From Deltaproteobacteria bacterium (lineage in GTDB: Bacteria > Desulfobacterota > RBG-13-43-22), in the NCBI GenBank assembly GCA_016219065.1, contig JACRCK010000073.1:1-50121 (forward strand): a stretch of 50,121 bases of DNA, written 5' to 3'. The position numbers and the translations under genes were made by a program. The stretch's first letter is position 1; each line of letters opens with the position of its first letter. This document shows, one piece after another, positions 24,159-34,180 of the stretch. The notes beneath the pieces were generated by a model that was not told the DNA's origin, searched no databases, and worked only from the letters and a program-made list of their open reading frames with translations.

Positions 24159-26475
24159 CAGTTTTCTTTCTCCCGGTAGGGGGTTTGGCGGCCGAGCCCG
24201 GGTACTCGATCCGGTGGTGAAAGATGCCGTTCAGTATTTTATTGAAACTGACGGCAATCCGGTTCAGGTCTTTCAGCGTGATTTCACATTCATCCAACTG
24301 CCCGTCGGAAAAGGTGTCATTGATGATCCGGTGCACCAGCCCCTGGATCCGGGCCGGCGTGGGATCGACCAGGGTCCGGGAGGCGGCCTCGATGGCGTCG
24401 GCCAGCATCACCAGACCGGCTTCCTTGGTCTGCGGCTTGGGGCCCGGATAGCGGAAGTCCTCCATGGAAACCGCGGCCGGATCGCCCCCTTTCAGCTCCA
24501 GGGCTTTCTGATAAAAAAAAGAGATCAGCCGGGTCCCGTGATGTTGCTGGATAATGTCGATGATCGGCTCCTCCAGCTTGGCCTGCCGGGCCATCTCCAC
24601 CCCGTCCTTGACATGGGAGATGAGGATCAGGCTGCTCATGGAGGGGGCCAGTTTTTCGTGCTTGTTCTCCCCGCCGGGCTGGTTTTCAATAAAATACTGG
24701 GGCTTCTGCGTCTTGCCGATGTCGTGATAATAGGCGCTGACCCGAGCCAGCAGGGGTTTGGCCCCGATCGCTTCGGCCGCGGCCTCCACCATATTGCCGA
24801 CAATGATGCTGTGGTGGTAGGGTCCCGGGGCCTGGACCGTCAATTCGCGCAGCAGGGGCTGATCCATGCTGGCCCGTTCCAGCAGGCCCATTTCGGTGGT
24901 GTAGCCGAAGAGCTTTTCCACCAGGGGGCTGAAGCCGGTCACCACGACGCCGGTCAAAACCCCGCCCGAAACGCCGAACACCATATCGGCCAGATTGTCC
25001 CAGTAAAAAAAATGATTCTCCATCATCCGCAGGGCGGCCAGGCTGGCCAGGTTGATCCCCCCCAGGACCAGGCCCAGTCGCAACAGGTCCCAGCGTTTGT
25101 GGGAGATGCGCTGACTCTGGGAAGTCCAGAGCCCGGCGACGGCAAAATACAGGGCCAATCCCGGACCGCCCTCCAGGAACAGGGCCACCAGAGAGGCCTG
25201 CACCAGGGTAAAGAGAATGCTGACCTGCGCCCCCAGGGCCAGACTGATCATCATGGGCGCGGCGGCCAGTGGAATGGCCAGCAGGGCGCTGCGGGGGTTG
25301 ACGGCGGGAACGCCGCTGACCAGAATCTGGGTCACCAGGTCCGCGGTGCGGATGCTCAGAAAGGAAAGGGCCAGCAGGGCGGTCAAAAAGGCCAGGTCCC
25401 GCCAGTTGTCGACCGCCATCCGGCAGCCGGAGATGATCATCCGGTAGGCCATGAAAAAAAATACGCCCAGCAGGCAGGCCAGCCCGATGGAGGTCACCAG
25501 GACCTCCAGCCCCTGTTTCCGGAGTTGCCCCTGGAGTTTTACCAGGGCGGCTTCGTCGATCCTTTGCCCTTCCCGGACAATGACCTCCCCCTTCTTGATC
25601 TGGGAAAAAACGGGCCGGGTCTGCTGGACGGCCCTTTCCCGCCGCAGCTCCGTGCCCTTCTTGTTCAAGGTCAGGTTCGGCGCAATCAATTTTTGGGCCA
25701 GAGAAATCGCCACCCGCCGGGCGTCACCCCGGATACCGGTCAGCAGGTAGGCCGATCGTTTTTCCAGGCGGTCCCGGGCTTCGTCCAGATCCGGAAACCG
25801 TTCGATCTCCCTGATCCGCAACTCCATTCCGGAGGGCAGCTTGCGGATCACGATCCCTTTCCCCTGCGCATTCATCAGGGCCAGTTTATTGCCCACCACC
25901 CCCTCGGCCAGTACGGATTGCACGATCCGATTCAAGCCTTCCTCCAGGGTCGGGGAAAAACGATTTTGAGCCAGCACGTTGAACTCGAAGGGCGTCAGTT
26001 CGATCCCCCAGACTTTTTCCAACCGCGACCGGCTGTCGGGCGCAAAAGCCGCTGCGCCGTCCCGTCCAGATTTCATATTGTCCCGCGCCGTTTGAAAAGC
26101 CTGACTGATCCGCCGCTGTAAGGCCGGGCCGGCCTCCTCGTCAAAATCGTAGACGTCCGCTACCGCCTGGGCCGCCTCCTTTTTTTTCTGTTCTGTGCCC
26201 TCCCGGTCCTCCACCAGGACGTCCTGTCTGGCTTTCAGATCAAAAGGCGCCAGTTCCCCGAGGTGATACGACCGGGGCGGGATGATCAGGCTGGGGGCAT
26301 CGACCACCATGATCAGCAGGCAGAGCAGCACCAGCAGGGACGACTTCCCCCGCAGCAGCCCCCCAAATTTTTCCCCCAACTGCCGGAGGCGTTCTTTCCA
26401 GGGCCGGGCTTCGCTTTCCTCTTTCCGGGTTATCCGGAAAGGCTTATGCTTCCGTTCGCGTTCGGAGCGTTCCAC
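24058..26475 (-). CDS. 7TM-HD (HDIG) membrane phosphohydrolase, PgpH-like
   Basis: Large extracellular domain, ~7 TM helices, APGPYHHS, YYHDIGK, QHHGT, YPGPKPQTKEAGLVMLAD; classic phoH-HD-ybeY context. Confidence 0.92.
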   Translation of the reverse strand: MERSERERKHKPFRITRKEESEARPWKERLRQLGEKFGGLLRGKSSLLVLLCLLIMVVDAPSLIIPPRSYHLGELAPFDLKARQDVLVEDREGTEQKKKEAAQAVADVYDFDEEAGPALQRRISQAFQTARDNMKSGRDGAAAFAPDSRSRLEKVWGIELTPFEFNVLAQNRFSPTLEEGLNRIVQSVLAEGVVGNKLALMNAQGKGIVIRKLPSGMELRIREIERFPDLDEARDRLEKRSAYLLTGIRGDARRVAISLAQKLIAPNLTLNKKGTELRRERAVQQTRPVFSQIKKGEVIVREGQRIDEAALVKLQGQLRKQGLEVLVTSIGLACLLGVFFFMAYRMIISGCRMAVDNWRDLAFLTALLALSFLSIRTADLVTQILVSGVPAVNPRSALLAIPLAAAPMMISLALGAQVSILFTLVQASLVALFLEGGPGLALYFAVAGLWTSQSQRISHKRWDLLRLGLVLGGINLASLAALRMMENHFFYWDNLADMVFGVSGGVLTGVVVTGFSPLVEKLFGYTTEMGLLERASMDQPLLRELTVQAPGPYHHSIIVGNMVEAAAEAIGAKPLLARVSAYYHDIGKTQKPQYFIENQPGGENKHEKLAPSMSSLILISHVKDGVEMARQAKLEEPIIDIIQQHHGTRLISFFYQKALELKGGDPAAVSMEDFRYPGPKPQTKEAGLVMLADAIEAASRTLVDPTPARIQGLVHRIINDTFSDGQLDECEITLKDLNRIAVSFNKILNGIFHHRIEYPGSAAKPPTGRKKTDGDTDRQPAETDQSRPGGKDDDLLLPGLGAAGR

Positions 26476-26484
26476 GGGGCGGGC

Positions 26485-27462
26485 TTAACCTGGGGGGAAC
26501 CGGGACCCGGGTCCCCGCTGTTCCAGTTCTTCGTAGGCCTGAATGATCTCCTGGACCAGCGGGTGCCGGATGACGTCTTTCTTGGAAAAATACACGAAGC
26601 CGATGCCCTTGATCCCTTCCAGGATGCGCCGGGCCTCCACCAATCCGGACACCTTTCCTTCCGGCAGGTCGATCTGGGTCACGTCGCCCGTAATCACCGC
26701 CTTGGAACTGAAACCCAAACGGGTCAGGAACATCTTCATCTGTTCCGAGGTGGTATTCTGGGCTTCGTCCAGAACGACGAAGGAATCATTGAGGGTCCGC
26801 CCCCGCATGAAGGCCAGCGGCGCCACTTCGATCACCCCCCGTTGGACCAGCTTGCTGGCCTTCTCGAAATTCATCATGTCGTGCAGGGCGTCATAGAGGG
26901 GCCGGAGATAGGGGTTGACCTTCTCGTAGAGGTCACCCGGAAGAAAGCCGAGTTTTTCACCCGCTTCCACGGCCGGGCGGGCCAGCACGATGCGGATCAC
27001 CTCGTTTTTCATCAGGGCCGCCACGGCCATGGACATGGCCAGATAAGTCTTGCCGGTTCCGGCCGGGCCGATGCCGAAAACGATGTCGTGGCGACGGATG
27101 GCCTCGATATATTCTTTCTGACTTTGCGTTTTCGGAGTAATGATCCTTTTCTGCGAGGTAATGTAAACGGCGTCCAGAAACACTTCCTGGAGGCTGCCTC
27201 GGGGATTTTCCTGGAGGAAGCGAATGGCGAATTCAATGTCGTTGGCGTAGAGGGGGTACCCCTTCTTGAGCATCTCGTACAGCTCGAGGAAGAGCTTTTC
27301 CCCCACCAGGAGATCCGCCGGTTCTCCCCGCAACTGGACGGTATTGCCCCGGGTGGAAATCTTCAAACCGAGACGCTGTTCGATGATTTTTACGTTTTGG
27401 TTGTGTTCGCCGAACAGGGTTTGGGCCAGTTGGTTATCCTCAAACCCGAGGCGGCGGCTCAG
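26485..27462 (-). CDS. phoH: PhoH-family ATPase (start uncertain; homology extends upstream of TTG 27366)
   Basis: [56 protein letters not shown]. In-frame upstream [13 protein letters not shown]. Confidence 0.9.
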   Translation of the reverse strand: MSRRLGFEDNQLAQTLFGEHNQNVKIIEQRLGLKISTRGNTVQLRGEPADLLVGEKLFLELYEMLKKGYPLYANDIEFAIRFLQENPRGSLQEVFLDAVYITSQKRIITPKTQSQKEYIEAIRRHDIVFGIGPAGTGKTYLAMSMAVAALMKNEVIRIVLARPAVEAGEKLGFLPGDLYEKVNPYLRPLYDALHDMMNFEKASKLVQRGVIEVAPLAFMRGRTLNDSFVVLDEAQNTTSEQMKMFLTRLGFSSKAVITGDVTQIDLPEGKVSGLVEARRILEGIKGIGFVYFSKKDVIRHPLVQEIIQAYEELEQRGPGSRFPPG

Positions 27463-27726
27463 GTCCCCGGCGGCGGTTTCTGGTTCTAACGGTTCCGTGT
27501 CTTTTCCCCTTCCCCGCGGATGTATTCGGCCTGCATCATAACATTTTTTGGAAATTCCAGATATTTATTTATGACGCGGCTCCCTATCCGTGGGGAGAAA
27601 GGGGACCAGAGAATTTTCTTGACTATCGCCCCCCCCTTTGGTACCAAACAGGAGGACGGCAACTCGTGGGGGCCGGGACTCCCGGAGCAAAATGAACAAT
27701 CCGATTGCCAGAGCCGAGGGTTATTT

Positions 27727-28305
27727 ATGAACCTATTGGATATCGCTATTCTGATTGTCGTGATACTGATCACGGTTCGGGGTTTTTTTCGCGGGATCAT
27801 CCAGGAGGCGGCTACCCTGGTCGGGGTGATCGTCAGTTTTTTTATGGCCTGCTATTACTACGGTAATCTGGCCCGCACCCTGCAGCGCTTCCTGCCGGGA
27901 AGTCCCGCCCTGTTCAGTATCCTGGCCTTTATCATTCTTTTCGGATTAAGCCTGTTCCTGTTTCACGTCTTCGGGCTGCTCCTCAAAAAGGTGGTCCACT
28001 TCAGCCTGCTGGGTTGGGCCGATCGCGTGCTGGGCGGCTTTTTCGGGTTACTCAAAGCCGGGGTGCTCGTATTTATACTGGTCACCCTGCTGACCCTGGT
28101 CCTGCCCAAGACCAACAGTCTGCTCAATAACTCCCGCCTGTTCCCCTGGGCCATTTCCCTAACCGACCACCTGACCCTGCTCATCCCCACTAAAATTAAA
28201 GATGATTTTTACCAAAAGAAACAGGACTTCCTCGACTTCTGGTCGACCCGGGAGAAAAAGATAAAAGGCCTGCAGCGTTACCCCGACCGTGAAACCAAAC
28301 GCTAA
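27727..28305 (+). CDS. cvpA: CvpA family membrane protein
   Basis: MNLLDIAIL...RGFFRGIIQE, DRVLGGFFG; ATG 27727 after a GAGGG RBS. Confidence 0.88.
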   Translation: MNLLDIAILIVVILITVRGFFRGIIQEAATLVGVIVSFFMACYYYGNLARTLQRFLPGSPALFSILAFIILFGLSLFLFHVFGLLLKKVVHFSLLGWADRVLGGFFGLLKAGVLVFILVTLLTLVLPKTNSLLNNSRLFPWAISLTDHLTLLIPTKIKDDFYQKKQDFLDFWSTREKKIKGLQRYPDRETKR

Positions 28306-29077
28306 GGGCGCGGTCTCCTTCGACGATCTCCGGCAACTCCTGATCCGCCTGCGCAGCCCCGGGGGTTGCCCCTGGGACCGCCAGCAGACCCCGGAAAGCC
28401 TGAAAACCTATCTGCTGGAAGAGACCTACGAACTGGCCGAGGCCCTGGACCGGCAGTCCCCCGCGGAGATCCAGGAGGAACTGGGGGACCTGTTGTTCAT
28501 CCTGCTCTTTATCAGCCGAGTCTATGAAGAACGGGGGGCTTTCGATCTGGACCGGGTCCTTACGACCATCCATCAAAAAATGGTCCGCCGCCATCCCCAT
28601 GTCTTCGGGGAGGCCGATTGGAAAAAAGCCGAAGAAGTCGTCAAGGGGTGGCAGACCATCAAGGCCGAAGAAAACCCGGAGAAAAATCCCTTTGACTCCA
28701 TCCCCGCCGCCCTGCCCAGCCTGCTCAAGGCCCATCGCCTCTCCCAGCGGGCCGCCGGCCTGGGGTTCGAATGGCCGGACTTGGCGGCGGTGGTCAAAAA
28801 AGCGCATGAAGAAATGGCCGAACTGGAAGAGGCGCTCCGGGAAAGCGATCCGGAGGCCGCCCGGGAGGAACTGGGCGATCTCTTGTTTGTGCTGGTCAAT
28901 CTGGGCCGGTTATTGGGAACCACGGCGGAAAATATTCTCCGGCAGACGAACCTGAAATTTCAAAAACGGTTTTTGCGGCTCCTGGCGGACCCGGATTTCC
29001 AGGGCGCCGGCACCGCGGCCCGGACGGCCGAGGAGTGGACCGCCCGGTGGAACCGGACCAAAACGGATCCGGACTAA
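28289..29077 (+). CDS. mazG: Nucleoside triphosphate pyrophosphohydrolase
   Basis: [27 protein letters not shown] twice, RRHPHVF. Confidence 0.95.
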   Translation: MKPNAKGAVSFDDLRQLLIRLRSPGGCPWDRQQTPESLKTYLLEETYELAEALDRQSPAEIQEELGDLLFILLFISRVYEERGAFDLDRVLTTIHQKMVRRHPHVFGEADWKKAEEVVKGWQTIKAEENPEKNPFDSIPAALPSLLKAHRLSQRAAGLGFEWPDLAAVVKKAHEEMAELEEALRESDPEAAREELGDLLFVLVNLGRLLGTTAENILRQTNLKFQKRFLRLLADPDFQGAGTAARTAEEWTARWNRTKTDPD

Positions 29078-30042
29078 TCCGGCCCCGGCCTTTCCCCGTC
29101 TTTTTTTTCCAGATCGATCTTCCGCAGGCGATAAACCACCTCTTCCAGGATCTTGCGGTTGGACCCGATCAGGTCGGCCAGGAGGCCGATCAGCAGGACC
29201 TGAAAACCCACAATCAAAAAGACCGCCGCCAGGATCACCGATTGGACGTGGCCGCTCCCCTGTCCGGTCAGAAATAAATAGAGATACCGGAGGGCCAGCA
29301 AGCCTCCCCCGGCCGTCAACAGGGCCCCGCTGATGGTGAAGACCCGTAAAGGCCGGTAGGTGGTATAGGCCCGGATGATAGTCGCGGTCGAATGGCCGAG
29401 ATAATGTTTCAGGCTGCGCATCAGGCGGGACTTACGGGTGGGCGGATTGACACCTACGGCCACGGTCCCCACCGTTATCTTGCGGGCTCCGGCCTGGATC
29501 ATCGTCTCCAGCGTATAGGAATAATCGCTCAAGACCAGGGTCCGCAGTGCCGCCTCGCGGCTTAAGGCCCGAAAACCGCTGGTGGCGTCGGGAACGACCA
29601 ACCCCGCCGCCTGCCCCACCACCCAGCTTCCCAATTGCTGCAGGCGCCGCTTGTAAAAGGGGAAGCTCGCGAGTTTCCCCACGCCGCGGTCGCCGACGAT
29701 CAGGTCCGCCTTCCCCTCCAAAATAGGCTGCACCAGCCGAGACAAGTCCGCGCCTCGATACTGGTTATCCCCGTCGGTATTGACGATGATATCGGCCCCG
29801 CGGCGGAGGGCTTCCTCCAGGCCGGCCCAGTAGGCCTTGGCCAAGCCCTTATGCCCTTTCAGGGTCAACACCCGGTGGACCCCCAGGGACCTGGCCACTT
29901 CCGCGGTCCGGTCGCTGCTCCCGTCGTCGATGACCAGGAATTCAATCACCTGGATTCCGGGGATCTCCCGGGGCAGGTCCCGCAAGGTCTGGGGGAGTGT
30001 TTCCTCCTCATTGTAACAGGGAATTTGAATGATGAGCTTCAT
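29074..30042 (-). CDS. GT2 glycosyltransferase (polyprenol-phosphate sugar synthase-like)
   Basis: [32 protein letters not shown], two C-terminal TM helices. Confidence 0.9.
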   Translation of the reverse strand: MKLIIQIPCYNEEETLPQTLRDLPREIPGIQVIEFLVIDDGSSDRTAEVARSLGVHRVLTLKGHKGLAKAYWAGLEEALRRGADIIVNTDGDNQYRGADLSRLVQPILEGKADLIVGDRGVGKLASFPFYKRRLQQLGSWVVGQAAGLVVPDATSGFRALSREAALRTLVLSDYSYTLETMIQAGARKITVGTVAVGVNPPTRKSRLMRSLKHYLGHSTATIIRAYTTYRPLRVFTISGALLTAGGGLLALRYLYLFLTGQGSGHVQSVILAAVFLIVGFQVLLIGLLADLIGSNRKILEEVVYRLRKIDLEKKDGERPGPD

Positions 30043-30113
30043 GGATCGCTTTTTTCCGGTCCTGGGAACGGGGTTGAACCGCTGGCTATAGTAAAACCTT
30101 CTGTATTAAAATG

Positions 30114-31955
30114 TCAAGGAAGCTTAAAAAGATACACCGGGCCCTGGCGGTAGACCAGCGTTAGACCCGGGCAAGCGGCCAGGGTTCGGGGGGCAAGCGC
30201 CCCTTCCCCCTCCCGGGTGTAGACATGGGTCAGGCCCTGGCTCCGCACCAGGTCCCAGAAGGCCGGGTCGCAGCCTGCCATTTGGAGGGTTGGCTTCACC
30301 CTTTGATTGATTTGGTCGATCAGTTCCGGGCCGCCGAACCCATATAAAAGGGGAGGCAGGGACGACCAGCGGCCGGTTAAGGGGGTGATCCAGAAGCCGC
30401 CGTCCAACCCTCTGTAAATCCCCCATTGCCAGGGGGCCGCCCTGATCAGGAAACGGGCCCGGGCCGAGGTGTTGTCAGCTAGCCAGCGGATGGCCTGCCG
30501 ATCGTCCGGTCCGGCCAGGATCGTCTCGGGTTTGATGATGAACCGGGTTTCCTGGAGTCCCCAGATCACCAGGGCCAAGAGCAGGGTCAGGGCTATTTTA
30601 TCGGCATAGGGCGCAAGTCTCCTGCGTTTCAGCCGGACGAAGGCTTCCCAGGCAAAGTGAGCGGCCAGCAGGCAGACCGGCAAAAACAGGACGATGGCCA
30701 GGTGGTCCGGCCGAAAGGGTGAAATACGGAACCCCCAGGGGATGACGCCCAGCCCCAGGAGTAAACCCCACCCCGCCAGGGGACGGAGCCGGGGCTCCCG
30801 CCAGGCCCAGACCAGTCCCGGCAAGGCCAGCAGGATCAGGAAGTAGTTTCGCAGGGGACCCAGGAGATAGACCAAATAAGGCCCGTACCCGCTGAAATAA
30901 GTCTGGTCCAGGGGCCGGACCGGAGAGTTGAACTGAACCGCAAAATAGGGTTTGGCCGGACCCCACAACCAGAGCAGCCAGGGCAGGAGGATTACCGCGC
31001 CGGCTAAAAAGCCGGCCAGGGGTCTCAGGATCGTTTCCCGCCCTTTTATTTTTCCCCACACCGCCGTCCAGGCCCCTGCACCCAGGAGCGCTAGGGCAAA
31101 AATTCCCAGCAGGCCCGCGGCAAAATAATGGGCCAGACCGGTTCCCGCCGTCAGCAGCGCCTGTTGAACGAAAGGAAAGACGGACCGGCCGGGCCGTCGG
31201 GCCCCCAAGGCCGCCCCCATGGCCAGCGGCAGCAGCACCAGCCCGCAGAGCAGGGAATAGCGGCCCCCGGTGGCATAGTAGGCCGGCATCTGTGAAACGA
31301 CCCCGGAAAGCAGCGCGGCCAGACCGGCCCGGGCCGGTTCCGGCCAGACCTTCCGCCCTAAATAGTACAGCGACAAGGAAATCAAGGCGTTTAAAAGCTG
31401 CCCCATCCAGAGGGCGGCCTGTTCCAGCGCCGCCCCGGAAAGAGCGGCGAACAGGGCCGTCAACACGTGGAACCCGAAGTGATAAAAAAAAGGAACCGGC
31501 AGATAAGGGTTCAGGTCGGCGGGCAGCCCCCCCACCTCCAGGATCTTGCGGACGATGAGGACGTGGTGCGGGGCGTCCACCCAGGGTGGAAAAGCCAGAC
31601 CTCGAACCTGATAAAAACGCCAGCCGATCAAAGCGAGCAGGAGGAAAAGAAAAAGCCAGCGCCCGGGGCCGAAAAGCCGGGTTCTCCGGTGGAGCATTTT
31701 ACCGGTCAGACCGAACAAGGCCAACCCGGCATAGAGGCCTAGGAGACCGCCGCCGGTAACCGGCCGCTGCACCAGCCAGAAAAACAGGGCGGCCAGGGCG
31801 GTGAGGGCGATACTCAAGCCGACGGCTTCGGCCAGCCATTCCGGAAAATCCCGGTCCGGTGCCGGCCGCCAGGCCAGGAAGGCCCCGCCCGGGAGCAAGA
31901 GGATGACCAGGGCGGCTAAACCAGATTTTAAGAAAAGCAGGACCGGAAAATCCAC
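30114..31955 (-). CDS. Polytopic membrane protein, possible GT-C-type glycosyltransferase
   Basis: More than 10 hydrophobic segments, loop PPWVDAPHH and YHFGFH; adjacent to the GT2 gene. Confidence 0.6.
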   Translation of the reverse strand: MDFPVLLFLKSGLAALVILLLPGGAFLAWRPAPDRDFPEWLAEAVGLSIALTALAALFFWLVQRPVTGGGLLGLYAGLALFGLTGKMLHRRTRLFGPGRWLFLFLLLALIGWRFYQVRGLAFPPWVDAPHHVLIVRKILEVGGLPADLNPYLPVPFFYHFGFHVLTALFAALSGAALEQAALWMGQLLNALISLSLYYLGRKVWPEPARAGLAALLSGVVSQMPAYYATGGRYSLLCGLVLLPLAMGAALGARRPGRSVFPFVQQALLTAGTGLAHYFAAGLLGIFALALLGAGAWTAVWGKIKGRETILRPLAGFLAGAVILLPWLLWLWGPAKPYFAVQFNSPVRPLDQTYFSGYGPYLVYLLGPLRNYFLILLALPGLVWAWREPRLRPLAGWGLLLGLGVIPWGFRISPFRPDHLAIVLFLPVCLLAAHFAWEAFVRLKRRRLAPYADKIALTLLLALVIWGLQETRFIIKPETILAGPDDRQAIRWLADNTSARARFLIRAAPWQWGIYRGLDGGFWITPLTGRWSSLPPLLYGFGGPELIDQINQRVKPTLQMAGCDPAFWDLVRSQGLTHVYTREGEGALAPRTLAACPGLTLVYRQGPVYLFKLP

Positions 31956-31976
31956 GCAAGTCCCCGTGAGGTCCGG

Positions 31977-32831
31977 CTAGTGCTGAGCGGCTTTTTGGAT
32001 GAAGGTCAGAATGTCCTGGTTCACGGCAGCGGGATCCTCCATGAGGAACAGGTGGCCCAGCCCCGCATAAAACTTCAGCTCCGCTCCGGGAATCCGTTCC
32101 CGCAACCGCTCGGCATTTACGGGAGGCAGCAGCCGGTCCGCGCCCCCGTGCAGGATCAAAGTCGGGCAGCGGATCTGCCGGATTTCGGCGCAGCGGTTGA
32201 AGCCCTGCAGGGCCCGGCTATGGCGTTCGAAGGTAGTGGGCGGCGGCCGCTGCTCCAGACTGCGCCGGACGTATTCATCGATCAGCGCCCGCTCGGCCAG
32301 CGTGGCGGAGGAAAAAAAGATCGGCAGGGAGCGGCGGACGTTTTCTTCCGCGCTGAGTTCGGGTTGGGTTGCGAACCCTTTCAGGATTTCCGGATCGGTG
32401 GTCAGGCCCCGGTCGGAATCGCAGGCCGTGCCGGCCAGCAGCAGGGTCTGAACCAGGTCGGGGCGACGTACGGTCACTTCCTGGGCGATCATTCCCCCCA
32501 GGGAAAGACCCAGCAGGTGCACGGGGCCGGCGTTCAGGAATTCGAGGAGGCTCACGGTGTCTTCGGCCAGGTCCGCAATCGTGTAGGGCCCGTCCACGCG
32601 GTCGCTGTTGCCGGTATCCCGGTTGTCGAAGGTGACCACCCGAAAATGGCGGCTTAAGAACGGTACCTGGGAATACCACATGGAGGCGGCATTGGCATAG
32701 CCCCGGATGAGGACCAGGGTCTGGCCCTGCCCGTGGCTATAGTAGGCCAGCCGGATCCCCTGCCGGGTGATGTGCAGTCCGGGTGCGGATTCTTCTGTCG
32801 AAAAAGGCAGCACCTGCCGCTCTCTCTCCAA
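31977..32831 (-). CDS. Alpha/beta hydrolase
   Basis: FDNRDTGNS, GLSLGG nucleophile elbow, HGGAD, GH. Confidence 0.88.
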   Translation of the reverse strand: MERERQVLPFSTEESAPGLHITRQGIRLAYYSHGQGQTLVLIRGYANAASMWYSQVPFLSRHFRVVTFDNRDTGNSDRVDGPYTIADLAEDTVSLLEFLNAGPVHLLGLSLGGMIAQEVTVRRPDLVQTLLLAGTACDSDRGLTTDPEILKGFATQPELSAEENVRRSLPIFFSSATLAERALIDEYVRRSLEQRPPPTTFERHSRALQGFNRCAEIRQIRCPTLILHGGADRLLPPVNAERLRERIPGAELKFYAGLGHLFLMEDPAAVNQDILTFIQKAAQH

Positions 32832-32842
32832 TCAGGCCATGA

Positions 32843-33907
32843 CTACCCGAACAGGCCCCGCTCCATGGCGATGCGGGTGAAGGTCTCCACGATGTTGTCC
32901 GGAGGCTGATAACGGTCCGGTTCCGCCTTCTGGAGCAGATCGATCGCTACGCCGGCGCAGGTGGGTACGCAGAGACCGCAGCCGATGCAGCGGTCCGGAT
33001 CGATCTCCGCCTGCCCGTCCTTCATCCGGATGGCCTCCATCTGGCAGCGGTCCAGGCAGGCCTCACAGCCGAGGCAATCGTCGGTCCGGACCTGGGCGTA
33101 ATAATTGGAATGGACGATTTCAGCGGGTTTGGGATGGCGCCGCAGATTCTTCAGAATCTGGCAGCAGTCTCCGCAACAGAGACAGATGTTGATTATTTTC
33201 TTGGCGTTGGTGGGCTGCAGCACCAGCCCTTCTTCTTCGGCCTGCTTTAAAATTCCGAGGGCCTCCTCCTGGGTGATGACCCGGCCGATCCCGTTTTTTT
33301 CATAATAATGGGCCCCGCCCGAGAAAACCAGGCAGGTATCCACGGATTTGCCACAGCCCCCTCCGACCAGGGTGTGCTCTTTCCGGCAGATGCAGGGGGC
33401 GACCAGGATCTTGTTCTGGGCTTCGATCAGGCGCCGGGCTTCCTCATAGGGCAGGATCGCCCCCTCCCCGTTCAAACTGGAGCCGATGGGGATCGTGCGC
33501 AACTGCTGGGTCTTCAGGTGGGACATGGACTGGAATAAAACCGGGCTGTACTCGTCCATGTAACGGACCAGTTCTTCATCCAGATCGTTGACGTGGTATT
33601 CCCAGATGCCGATGACGTACTGGGCCGCCATGTACAGCGGACCTTCCGGCCGATCGGCCCGCAGGATCAGGCCCTTGCGGGACATGGCTTCCAGTTTTTC
33701 GGCCAGTTCCTCCACCGGCAACCCACTCCGGGCCGCGATCCCTTCGGGCGTTTCCGGCATCATCTGCAGTTTGACGGCCAGCTCCGCTTCTTCCGGAGAA
33801 AAGAATTTCTTCAGGATCCGCAGTTCCACCCCCGATTCCGTCCGGGGAAATCCGGCGGGCAACCGGTCCAGATGACGGGCCAGCTTTTCATAGATCTCTT
33901 CGGCCAT
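32843..33907 (-). CDS. 4Fe-4S binding protein with N-terminal HTH-like region
   Basis: PCICR, ICLCCGDCC, CLGCEACLDRC, CIGCGLCVPTC. Confidence 0.88.
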   Translation of the reverse strand: MAEEIYEKLARHLDRLPAGFPRTESGVELRILKKFFSPEEAELAVKLQMMPETPEGIAARSGLPVEELAEKLEAMSRKGLILRADRPEGPLYMAAQYVIGIWEYHVNDLDEELVRYMDEYSPVLFQSMSHLKTQQLRTIPIGSSLNGEGAILPYEEARRLIEAQNKILVAPCICRKEHTLVGGGCGKSVDTCLVFSGGAHYYEKNGIGRVITQEEALGILKQAEEEGLVLQPTNAKKIINICLCCGDCCQILKNLRRHPKPAEIVHSNYYAQVRTDDCLGCEACLDRCQMEAIRMKDGQAEIDPDRCIGCGLCVPTCAGVAIDLLQKAEPDRYQPPDNIVETFTRIAMERGLFG

Positions 33908-34049
33908 CTCGCACTCCTTTAAACCAAAAATGGGAAAACGACGATCATGGCAACACCACTACCTTCTTTGGCAAGGTCCGTCAAGAGGATTTTGAGGGCC
34001 GTGGTTCAGCAAGGCCTCCGGAAAAGGTGTTGGGTTCTCCAGGGTAAAT

Positions 34050-34058
34050 TGCTATAAT
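34050..34058 (+). promoter_or_regulatory. Extended -10 promoter candidate for pgk
   Basis: TGcTATAAT ~120 nt upstream of the pgk ATG. Confidence 0.5.
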
Positions 34059-34074
34059 TAAATACTAAAAAAAA

Positions 34075-34146
34075 CGGAGTGCTGGAGTGCTGGAGTAATG
34101 CTTTTCAAGCCAATACTCCAATACTCCATTACTCCAATACTCCATT
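34075..34146. repeat. Octamer-periodic inverted repeat (GGAGTA[T/A]T / AATACTCC family)
   Basis: ggagtgctggagtgctggagtaatg...caatactccaatactccattactccaatactcca. Further copies at 35500-35576 and 47645-47726. Confidence 0.85.
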
Positions 34147-34180
34147 CCTCTATCACTGCTTATTCGAAAAGGAGATTGCC

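Noticed and set aside
24139-26121. Long antisense ORFs (660 aa here; also 36740-38539, 8522-9703, 9970-11043, 26263-27489, 34208-35296)
   Set aside because: Shadow ORFs opposite well-supported genes, expected from GC-rich codon bias; no recognisable motifs.
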